NCBI RefSeq assembly: GCF_025526975.1
Contig: NW_026515678.1
Span: 620,001 to 684,000 of the forward strand
Direction: 5' to 3'
From: Fimicolochytrium jonesii
Lineage: Eukaryota
DNA: 64,000 bases
A program made the translations under genes and the position numbers. Under the pieces are notes generated by a model. The model saw only the letters and a list, made by a program, of their open reading frames with translations. It did no database searches and had not been told where the DNA came from. Position 1 is the stretch's first letter; the number at the start of each line of letters is the position of its first letter. Shown one piece after another: positions 39,018-49,339 of this stretch.

Positions 39018-39402
39018 ATGGCCAGCGTAGCTCCTCCTGCCAAGGCCACCGCCGCCGGCCCGTCATCGGGCAAGAAGAAAGTAGGCGAGGGTCCCACCAA
39101 AGGGGACAGCCTGAAGAAGGCTCTCAAGCGACAGCGAGTGGTGAGTCCACGGAGGGCGCCCAATTGACCGAACTTTCGTGGTTTGACCAATTTTATCTCA
39201 GGACACCCCCGAGGTGCACTCGGACAGTACCCCGGAGCCCCCGGCTCCACCGGCCCGACCTACGTGTTGGAACTGCAACAGGTACCGCCCCCGCAAGATG
39301 TTCCTCTCGGCGTGCCAGCACGTTATATGCCGGCCTTGCATCCTTTCGCTCTGTGACGACACCGTAAGGAACCGCATGTTATGGGTGGTTCCCGTGAGGT
39401 GA
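39018..39402 (+). CDS. Antisense, intron-containing RING-finger (C3HC4-like) gene inside element B, 3'-truncated
   Basis: TATAAAA at 38911, ATG at 39018, exon 1 to 39140 (41 codons), intron 39141-39201 (GTGAGT...TTTTATCTCAG, phase 0). Exon 2 encodes CWNC-x12-CQHVICRPC. Second donor GTAAGG at 39364 with branch-like ACTGAC at ~39402. Confidence 0.7.
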
Positions 39403-42400
39403 CTGACAGCTCACGTCTCTTCCCGACGCTCGGAGTCTGTGCTGAACGATGCGGCTCACCTCGGTCAGTTGCTGCATGCGCTCCTCAATGCACTTTCGAT
39501 CGGCCTGTTTCAGTTGCTCTGTTGGGTCGCTGGTACCCCATTGGTCTGGTACCTTCGGGATGTACCCGATGTCGATCTCGTATGGGGACATGCCCGTGGA
39601 GGTCTGGGGCGTCCTGTTGTAGTTGTACTCGAGGAGGGGAAGCATCTCGCGCCAGTTCAAGCTGGTGTAGTTCAGGTAGGGGACCATCATCTTCTTGATT
39701 GTCTTGATGACGTTCTCCGTCTTGCCGTCGGTCTGTTGGTGTCGTGCCGACGAAATTCCTGCTCTACCCTGGCGCACTTCAGGAGGTGCTTCCAAAAGGC
39801 GCCTGTCCATTTGGTGTCGTGATCGCTGATGATCGTGTGGGGCATGCCTGTGATGCGGAAAGCCTGGTCGAAGAACAGCTGGGCGAGTTCCTGTGCCGTT
39901 GCCTTGGCGTGGGTCTCGAGGAGGATTACGCGGCTGGATAAGTAGTCCACCAGGATGAGGACGGCTCCCTTGTCCATGACGGACTTGTCTCCCGCTTCCC
40001 CCCCCTTAGAGTTCGTCGTGGGGAAGTAGATGTCCAAGTCGACGCAACGCCAGCGCTTGTTGGGGACCGGAATGCTGCGTAGGAGCCCGAAGTTGGAAGC
40101 CTGCTTGTTGCGTTGGCAGTCGGGACAAGTCCGGACGTACTGGTGGACCTTGCGCTCGAGGCGGGGCCAGTAGTAGAGCGCGAGGAGTTTGGCGACGGTG
40201 CGCTGGACACCCGAGTGGCCGCCGTTGGCCAGGGAGTCATGATAGAACCTTAGGAGGGGGCCCCGAAGGCCCTCGGGGATGTAGCGGCGGCCATGGTACA
40301 AAAGGAAGCCGCGGTCGTCGCGCGTGAGGCGGCGGGCAAAACCCGAGAGGGTAGAGGGGTTATCGGGGTTCGTTGCAGTGGTCTGCAGGTGGGCGAGGGT
40401 GTCCTTGCAGAACTTGTCATCGTCGAGCGCAGTGAGCCACTCGGCGTCGGTAGGAAGGCGGCTGGTGATGTCCGGTAGGGGTGTCCCGGTGACAATGGAG
40501 AACACTTCGACCTTCATCTGACAGCTGGCGCACTTCGGGGCGTACAGCAGTGTGCGGCTGAGTATGTCGGCGATGTGATTGAACTCGCCGGGGAGGTATT
40601 CGATCGTGAAGTCGTAGTCCTGAAGGAACTCCACCCATCCGGCCTGGCGCCGGGAGAGATGAGGCTGATTCTGGAGGTATATGAGGGATTCGTGGTCAAC
40701 GAATGCACGGAATTGGCGACCGATGAGGTAATGGCGGTTAGCGCGGATCACTTTGACCAATGTGAGGAGCTCCTGTTCATGCACGAGGTATCGGGTTTCG
40801 GCCGGAGCCATCTTGCGTGAGTAATATGAGATGACGCGGAGGCGCGGAAGGTTATTGAGGCCCTTTTTCGTGGTGGGCAGTGGGTTCGGCATGGGGAAGT
40901 CGCCGTCCGTGCCCTGACCGATCCAGGCCCCTACGGCGAAGCCCGACGCGTCAGAGAAGACGTAGGGAAACTTATCGGGGTCAAAGAACGCCAGGCAAGG
41001 GGCATCGGCGACGCGCGCCTTGATGGTGTCGAATGCTGCTTGTTCCTCAGCGGCCCGCTGTCACGGGCGGGTGGCGGATTGAAAGTTGGTCAGTGGGAGG
41101 GCTGTGTCAGCATAATGCGGAATGTATTCCTTGACATAGTTGACTAGCCCCATGAAGGAGAGGATTTCGAGGGCGCTGGTGGGTTCGGGTCGAGCGCGGA
41201 CAGCCTCGACCTTGGACGGGGCAATGGAAAGGCAGTCCTTACCGACCATGTGCCCGCAGAACTCAACCTGGTCCACTGCCCACTGACATTTGGACGGTTT
41301 CACGTGGAGGCGGTGAGCCGAGAGGGTCTTGAGCACTTTGGTGACATGCCCGATGTGTGAGTCCATGTCGGGGCTGAAAATAAGGATGTCATCAAGGTAA
41401 GAGATGAGGTATGAATCATACTTGTCGCCCAGGAGTTTGTTCGTGAGGCGTTGGAACGTCGCAGGCGCGTTCGTCAGCCCGAAGGGTAATACGTTGTACT
41501 GGAAGTGGCCGAAGCGCGTCCGGAAGGCAGTCATCTCACGGTCTTCCTCCCAAATGAGGATGCAGTGGTAGGCATCGCGGATGTCGATAGCGGTGAAGAC
41601 CTTCATGCCGACGAGGCGGTCCCGAAGCTCATTGAGGTTTGGGAGGGGCGTGGCGTCCTTATGGGTCATCTTGTTGAGGGCCCGGTAGTCGATGCAGCAG
41701 CGGAGGCCATCGTCCTTCTTCGGGGCAAACAGCACGGGTGCCCCCCAGGGGCTCTTAGAATGGGAGATCCACCCGCGGGGTGATAGGCGCTCGAGTTGGC
41801 GCCGTAGCTCGTCGAGTTCATCGGGGGCCAAGTGGCGGAGTGGGAGCATGACAGGCTTGGAGCCAGGCTTCAGATGGATGCTGAAGTTGTTGTCGCCGCG
41901 GTCTGGCGGGAGGCCGGTCTGTTCGGTGAAGAGGGTATCTGTAAACTGTTCCAACGTGGGGCGAAGAGGGTGGTCAGCGGCGACCGACCCGAGTGGATCC
42001 TCCGGGGTGGTATCCGGAGTGGCCGTTGCCTTTCCGTCCGCAAGGATCGCACGTTTCTTCGCCTTGACCGTGCGAACGAAGTTAGCCTCGGCTTCGGCGA
42101 CGTCCGCGAGGGCGTCGTCTGTGGCCAGGTCCACCTCCGCGTCCGTGCGTGAGACTCATGCGGTATAGACCTCGGTGGTCTTATCCCTCTTGATTGCTCG
42201 CTTGAATTGTTTGGCCGTGAGGAAGCCCTCCTCATTTAAGGCCGCCCGCTTTGGGTAGAAACGGCGAGGGCGAGGGCCTGTATGAGGTTTGAGTAACCGG
42301 GCCGCGCAAGTGCTGGGTTGTTGCCATTGGCGGGTGGTAGGTTTAGCTCGGAAAGTTAGTACGGTTGCGTTAGCCTCGAATTGAAGCGCCGGGAACCCAT

Positions 42401-42857
42401 TGTCGCGCCATAAGCGTATGAGGTCAAGGTCCAGGATGTAGGGTATCCCTAGGATAACATCCGGGCGGATCGGGGCCACGACGAACGGGACCCAAGGGGT
42501 CTTAAGAGGTATTCGTTCCTCCGTGAAGACGGAGAGGTTGGCACAAATCATCCACGTGGCGCCGTATGATCCGGCTTTCTCACCCTAGCGCACCTCAAGG
42601 GGCGTGGGACAGTCGTACGTGTTAAGATCATGGCGTTGGGGGAGTGAGTCGCTGATGAGCATGGTATTGCAACCAGTGTCTATGAGGATGGGGCAGAAGA
42701 TGCTGCCGACACGTCCATGGACCATGAACGTGTGCTTGTCGATGACGGGCCCGGGGCGGTATTCCGGAATGGTGTCCTGCAGTCGGGGTCCGGTAGGTCC
42801 CTCGGGTTGTCTGGACGCTGAGGCGCTGCAGGCGGTCAGGCCCTGGGGAGGAAATCC
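39379..42857 (-). pseudogene. pol: Element B pol (protease, RT, RNase H, integrase) with premature stops/frameshift and truncated integrase C-terminus
   Basis: ILIDTGC protease; CIDYRALN, LPFGLTNAPATFQ, YLDDILIFS; SDASG, EQELL, VDHESL; HHCC zinc finger and DDE core. Stops near 42585, 42156 and 41061. Confidence 0.93.
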
Positions 42858-44335
42858 TGACTGTCGACGGAGTATGCGGGGCTCGGGGGCTCCTCCGCGG
42901 CCGAATGGAACTCGTCGTTGTCATCATCGAAGGCCTCGGCGGGCGCTGCCAAGATCTTGAGTCGGTCTGGGTTCTTAGGGCACGCTCGGGCGTAGTGGTC
43001 CTTGCTGCCGCAAGTGTGACATACGCCTCGCTGAGTTTTCCGCTCCTTCCCGAGGGGTACTCGGTTGGAGTTGAAGGTGCGGGGCGTATCACGCTTGTTG
43101 CGAGCCTGGGCCAGAGTGGTCGTAGCGGGTTGGACCCGTTTGCCGTCTTCCGAAATGCGGGCGATCCCGTCGGCATAACCCCTGATGCGGAAGGCCCTCT
43201 GGGCGGCTTCCTGAAGGGTCTTGATGGGGATGTCTTCGTCCTCACTGCCCTGTTGTAGGATGAACTGGTAACACTGCTCACGGATGCGACGTCCGACCTG
43301 GTGGAAGGTCAGCCCGTTCAGGAAGTACTCACGTTCCTGTCGCGGCGTGAGATGTTCCTTTTCGGGGAGGATAGCGATCTGTGTGGTCAGTGCGTTGAAG
43401 GCCAAGACGTAGTTGGACATGCTGTCTTTGAACTTCAGGGCGGCCAGTTTCGCCTCGACCGAATTACGGAGGTTGGCGGGGTAGAACCTGCGCCTGAGCG
43501 CCTTCAGGAACCGTTCCCGGGTGGCGGGAGGCTCTCCGGAGCGAGCCTCGAGCTTCCACCACTCAGCGGCGTCTCCCGACAAGTGGGCTACGAAGTGTTT
43601 CACGTCCCCGTCCTCCGTTCTGAATTCGGTGGCTTCCAGATAGCGTAGGTGGGCGTCGACGAACTCGTCCAGTTTGGCGACCATGTCTTTACCGTTAGCC
43701 TTACCGTCGAACTTGGTCAGCATCTTAGCCAAGGTGGTTCGGAACTCCTTCTCGGCGGCCGCCTTGCGCTTACGCTCTTCGCTAGCCGCCAACTGGTCCT
43801 CGCGGTTAACTCGTACTCCAGCGAAGGGGCTGTCATCTGGGCGGTCCCTCTCCAGGTGCTCGAATTGCTGCTGGAGTTGGGCGTCGGTGTTGGCCAGCTG
43901 GGCTAGGATTTGGAGGATTGTTGCCTGTCCGTTCTCTTGTCGGGCTGGGGAACGGCTCCTGCGCCGCATGGGGGAGCGGCTTCGGGTCCTCGCCGGGGAC
44001 CGGCTGCGCCAGCAGCTTGCTGAGCGGCTCCTTCGACGGGGTGGGGAGTTGCTCCTGCAACCTGGCGTCCGATTCTGGCGTCGGGCGTCCGGGCTTCGAC
44101 GTCGACCAGGTGAGCGTGAGCGGGAGTGCCTCCTTCCACGTGGCGACCACGGGGGTGACCCCCTGCGCCTGTGGAAGGGGCGGTTACGCCCTGCGGGGCC
44201 GTTGCCTTGGCGTTGGTCGCCGTCGAGCTGTTGCGCCCTTCGATGCGGGTGTTCAAATAAATCAAGCTCTAAGCAGTCATTGTTGACTATCGCATAGCTG
44301 ACGGCGGTATTAGCACCCGCCTGAGAGTTGCTCAT
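42836..44335 (-). CDS. gag: Element B Gag (499 aa, open) with RS/SP-rich N-terminus and CCHC knuckle
   Basis: HLSGDAAEWW capsid-type motif, CHTCGSKDHYARAC knuckle, RSRSP repeats. Confidence 0.9.
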   Translation of the reverse strand: MSNSQAGANTAVSYAIVNNDCLELDLFEHPHRRAQQLDGDQRQGNGPAGRNRPFHRRRGSPPWSPRGRRHSRSRSPGRRRSPDARRQNRTPGCRSNSPPRRRSRSASCWRSRSPARTRSRSPMRRRSRSPARQENGQATILQILAQLANTDAQLQQQFEHLERDRPDDSPFAGVRVNREDQLAASEERKRKAAAEKEFRTTLAKMLTKFDGKANGKDMVAKLDEFVDAHLRYLEATEFRTEDGDVKHFVAHLSGDAAEWWKLEARSGEPPATRERFLKALRRRFYPANLRNSVEAKLAALKFKDSMSNYVLAFNALTTQIAILPEKEHLTPRQEREYFLNGLTFHQVGRRIREQCYQFILQQGSEDEDIPIKTLQEAAQRAFRIRGYADGIARISEDGKRVQPATTTLAQARNKRDTPRTFNSNRVPLGKERKTQRGVCHTCGSKDHYARACPKNPDRLKILAAPAEAFDDDNDEFHSAAEEPPSPAYSVDSQDFLPRA

Positions 44336-44598
44336 CGTAGGTTGCCGGAGAGATCTTGAAGGGTGGTGCTACCATGTAATCATGCTAGGTCCGTTGCCAG
44401 AGGCTAGCTCTGTCTCCGCTCGACGTATTGAAAGGTTTCTAGGGTCTCTACCTCCCGGGGCGCCGCCCGAAAGCTTTTCTTCCCTTTGGGAGTCACCCCA
44501 GAGCGTAGGACTCCAATATAATCTATGCTACACGTGATCTCATGCCCTACGCGCTTCCCCGCACTAAGGTGACACCTGCAGCACCTCATTACAGTTGA

Positions 44599-45784
44599 CG
44601 AACCTCGTGTTGAAGTTCGTCTTCCTCCTCGAACAATGGGACCTGTTCCAATGGAAAGTATCCAGGTCGGTGGACCTCCTCCACCTGCTCCTGGCCACCC
44701 GCCCGCTACGGCTATGTTGACGATCTCCCTCGAGGAGCTCAACGCCCAAATTAATGCTGCGGCGGCTGCCGCCCGAGCAGAAGTTCGCGATCATCATGCC
44801 GAGGAGCATCAGGTTCAACAGGATCGCTTGCGGGCTACGTTGGAGCGCAACTCTGCAATGCGCCGTGATGGCCTGCTGCAGGATGGGTCAGTGGATCCGT
44901 TCTATATTGAGCAGCGTAGGCACCATGCTACATGGATCTTGCAGCATCCGTTGAATGGCAAAAGGAGCGAGGCTGCTGTTGTCGACACATTCTTGCAGAA
45001 GCATATGGACTTCATGCTTACTTTTGGTCTTCTGATTGATGACTTTAAGTATAGCGAGAAGGTATCTGGCTCGCTTGAAGGCGACACACGTACCTGGTTC
45101 GATACCGCATGCCAACTTGACATGCGGAAAGAGGATTTTGAAATGGCTTTCCAATTAGCCTTTTATCCTACAAACGCGAAAACCAACGCGCTCAATGCTC
45201 TGCATCGAATGACTTTCCATAAGTCGATGGATTTGTATGTGACGGAGTTCAAACGTATTGTTGCCGAGGCACAGCACAACCTGGAGGTTATCACTCCTGA
45301 CGATTTGAATAACCTGTTTCTTCGCGGGCTTACCCGCGATGAGACCATTACCGTCGGCTACAAGATCGCCCAGTCGTTGTTGCATACAATGGTCGATTAT
45401 AGGAAGCAACACCCTATATTCACATATCCTCCGATTCGTTCGATGGATTGTGCGCTTAGTTCCTTTGCTGTGTGGCGTCTCGCCGATAAGGGAACCGATG
45501 CGAACGATAAAGCGGTTGCTTCTGGTAGTAGTGCGCCTAAACATGCCAATGTCTCTTCTGCCGTGGGTACTGCGGGCAAGAAGGGGGCGAAAGCTAAGAA
45601 GGCAGAAGCTGGTAAACCTTACGCATGCCTGGACCTCTCGAACATGAAGTGTTTGGATTGTGGCAAGATGGGTCATTGTGCAGAGATTGCCCTGAAAAGA
45701 AGAAGGATAAGAACTCCGATGAGGCTAAGGATAAGCCGCATTAGAATGCTGGTCAGAAGAAGGGTTTTCAGTAGAAACGTTTAA
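44599..45784 (+). pseudogene. gag: Element A gag, 3' part; frameshifted in the zinc knuckle
   Basis: LEGDTRTWF, YVTEF, LFLRGL. CLDCGKMGHCA(R)DC is restored by a 1-nt insertion near 45682. Confidence 0.85.
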
Positions 45785-45800
45785 TCAAGACACCGCTTAT

Positions 45801-48800
45801 TTGTCTCATTGTGCAATGGTGTCCATTGAAGAGGAACTTGAGGCTATACGCCCTGAGTCCGTTGATGGTATACTAGTTGATTGTAGCAATACGTCTCCTG
45901 CGGGGGCGCGCCTGTGCCGGCCAGACGACACTGAAACCGATACGACTAGCCCTGAGGCACTGCAATCGCAGCCGGATGCGTTGATCGCACGCTGTGCATT
46001 TGTGGTTCATGGCAAGTTGAATGGGAAGTTTTGTCGCATTCTGATCGATACAGGATGCACAACACTGATGGTACGTCAGGGATGGATGTCGAAACATGGT
46101 TTCCAAACCTTTAACCCTAGTATGCCCATTGATGTCGCCTCGGGCGACGACGGCCATACATTCAATGACAACAAGTTATTTTGTGGCGATCTACAGTTGT
46201 GGGGAGATGGACGACATTATTCGAGAGAACAGCTTCCATTTGTGGTTGCTCCTCTGGGGGTAGATGTTATTCTCGGATTGGCATGGATCTATATGCTTGA
46301 CGATGTTCGTTTCGAGCACATAGAAGACGAGATTCCTGTTCTACGATTCCGTGCGGATGAAGTTGAACATACCCTGGTTGTCAGACCAGTGACCAGGAAA
46401 TGGGAATCCCAGTCGTCCTGTAATGCGGCCGATCTGCGGTCCTTTGACATCAGAAAGAAGTCTAAACGATTCAAGGCGGCGATGCCTGAACGAGAAGACC
46501 CGAGTGCAGGGGTTGTAACTTATCAGAAGTTCACTCGCTTATATCGAAAAAAGGTGCATGGGAAGTGTTACATAGCGTACGCTATGGACATAGAAGCTGC
46601 AGTGAATGCTCCACCAGCTTATGTCCCCGCAGATGAGCGCGATGGCGCCGAACCAGAGCCAGAGGTACAAATAAGCGCTGTTACAGGACAGAAGGTTGAT
46701 TTGGGCGTGTCATCGGATCACCTTCTCCATCCCACTTTGGAGAAGTACGTGGATAGTTTGTTTGTCGAGCACGCAGAGTTGCCGCCCGATAGGGGGGAGG
46801 ATAACTTCCATATCGAGCTGGAGCCTGGTACAAAACCAGTCTTTAATCCTTTACGGCATATGAGCGAAGCTGAACCCAAAGAGTTTAATGAAAAGGTTAC
46901 CCTCATGCTCGAGCGCGGTTGGGTTCAGCACTCGCAGAGCCTGTGGGGCGCGGCGGTGGTATTTGCCAAGAAAAAGGATGGCAGTCTCCGCATGTGCATC
47001 GACTGTCGTGGGCTTAATGAAGCAACGATAAAGGGTCGTAGGCCGTTACCAAATCTTGCAGAGATGCGGGATCGGGTATGTGGAAAGAAATTCAAGTCTT
47101 TGTTGAAGTTCAAAGATGCGTATCACCGCCTCTTGGTTCGCAAGGCTGATAGAGACAAAACAGCGTTTCGGACGCGGTTTGGTCATTTCAAGTACTTGGT
47201 TATGCCATTTGGATTGACGAATGCGCCAGCAACGTTCCAACGGTTAACCAATAAGATATTGGGGAAGATGTACGATGCGTATGTCATGTCTTACCTGGAG
47301 GATATCTTAATCTTCTCAGAAACGGCCAAGGAGCATATCGCTCAAGTGGATAGCGTTTCGGCTATTCTTGGCGAGCAAAAAGTCTATGTCAAGCCGTCCA
47401 AGTGCAAATGGATACAGAAAGAGCTTGAATTCTGCGGTCATACCTTGGGAGAGGATACGATGGCCATTGCACCCTCGAAATTGGACGCCGTGCGGGACTT
47501 CGCATGTCCTACAAAACAGAAAGAGGTCCAGTCTTTCTTAGGGTTGACAAATTACCTGAGTCAATACGTCGATCGTTATGCATACATCGCGTATCCATTG
47601 ACAGAGCTACAGTCGGGCAAAAGGCCTTGGCACTGGGGCAATGTCGAAGAGACGGATTTTGTTAAGCTGAAGGAAGCTATTATTACAGCTCCTACGCTCG
47701 CGTCTTACGACCCGGAGCGAGATTTATACGTGTTTACAGATGCATCGGGTTTTGCAATAGGAGGATGGCTCGCCCAGCTGGCGGATCCATCAGAGCATTA
47801 CCCATCGTTGCCTACCTCAGTGAAGGGATTTAAGAATCTGCCACCGTTAAAGCCGATAGCTTTCTTTGGGCGGAAGATGTTGTGGGGGGGAAGGTGCATA
47901 GTGATGCGTTCTACAACAGTATTATTTTCTTCATCGCCTATCTATCATCGCCTGCGTACTTTATACCTGCGACATCCGTGATAATTACCAAAGAGTTGGC
48001 CCAGCTTTACTTCTGTGAAGTATGGCGCCATACAGGTACTGTAGCTGTGATTGTCGGAGATTGAGATCCCCGCTACTTGGCAGATTTCTGGAAGGTGTTT
48101 CAATCGTTGTTGGACACCAACGGACGGACGGAAAGGTCAAACGGTGGATTGCTATCTTGAAGAAGGTGCTTAAACCGTACCTTAATGTAACGGGAGACGA
48201 TTGGGCTGTTTTTCGAGTTTGCCTACAACTGTACACAAAACAGCACTGGATACTGCCCTTTCAGGGTTGATTGGAGTAGAGTTCTGCAGGCGCCAATGCA
48301 TTGGCAAGTTGACGCAAAAGTGTTGCAACGTATGGACGATACGTCGATCCCATTCTTGCATAAGTCACGACGTGAGCTCATCAAACAGATGGAGAAGCGT
48401 GCTGAGGCATACCGATCCATTGAACTCATAGTGCAGCAGAAACTGCGGGAAGCCCAGGACAAACAAGCAAAGTATCACGATCGTGGACGTCGTGTACAGA
48501 GCTTTAGTCCAGGAGATAAAGTCCTGTTGAACAGCGATGGGATAGCGATCCCTGCTTTCAACAAGAAGCCGCTCAAGTTTAGACAGAGCTGGCTCGGGCC
48601 TTTTGTTGTGAAGAGGGAAGGACCACCCCTGAAAACGTATGAGTTGGAGCTGCCAGCCTTGATGGGCGCCTCTTTACCCAGTCTTCCATACGGATATCTT
48701 GACGCCATGGCACGAGCCGACTTCAGAAGCCATGGCACTGTGCATCGACGATGTAGAGGACTCTAACCCAGGGCCCATCCAAGTCGAAGGCGAGGAAGAT

Positions 48801-49001
48801 CACTACGTCGATAAGATTATTGGATGTAGGTTGGTCCATGGAAAACCTCAGTATCTTGTTCAGTGGGTTGGTTGGCCACCTGCGCAGACTACATGGGAAA
48901 CGCACGAGCGAGTGAAAGACTGCGCTGCGTTGGACGACTTCGTCTTGGTCCATGGTGAAGTAGAATCCGTTACAGATAAGCAAAAAGCGGAAGCGCTTTA
49001 A
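45801..49001 (+). pseudogene. pol: Element A pol: protease, RT (YLED), RNase H start, partly deleted integrase, chromodomain
   Basis: ILIDTGC, MPFGLTNAPATFQ, YLEDILIFS, TDASG, WLGPF, YVDKIIGCR...YLVQWVGW...TWE. Confidence 0.92.
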
Positions 49002-49339
49002 GGGAACTGAGGCTCTGCGACGCAACAGTGCTCGGGTGGCTGGAAGCCATGAATGACCTGTAGCCGGATGGACCTTTTGTCCAAGAGAAACATCGGATTT
49101 CGCCGCAATCGAGAAGTTCTCGTTCACGATATTGTTGGACATAAGTCAAAGCTAAAGCTGTGGAGGGATTGCAACGTGCTACACAAAACAAGTGTTAACA
49201 TGACCCCTTAATGATAAATGATGTCTGCATAGGGTAAATTTGTCCGTAATAACTAACCAGGAACTGATCACTCCTGGAGACTCGGTGGTGTGTATGCCTG
49301 GAGGTACACATAGGCATTGACTCTGAACAACAAAGCTTC

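Larger units (their letters stand above)
38458..44593 (-). mobile_element. Ty3/gypsy element B with both LTRs, inserted into the gag of element A
   Basis: 219-bp LTRs at 38458-38676 and 44375-44593 (TGTAAT...ATTACA). TSD GTTGA at 38453-38457 and 44594-44598. Minus-strand PBS TGGTAGCACCAC next to 44374. PPT AAGGGGGG next to 38677. Confidence 0.95.
36994..49001 (+). mobile_element. Ty3/gypsy chromovirus element A (defective; interrupted by element B; 3' LTR not found)
   Basis: 5' LTR 36994-37301 (TGTAATGTGG...CCACAGCACA), PBS TGGTAGCACCAC at 37302, ~1 kb leader, gag from 38354 resuming after 44598, pol with chromodomain ending at 49001. The 5' part is duplicated at 56130-57953. Confidence 0.85.
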
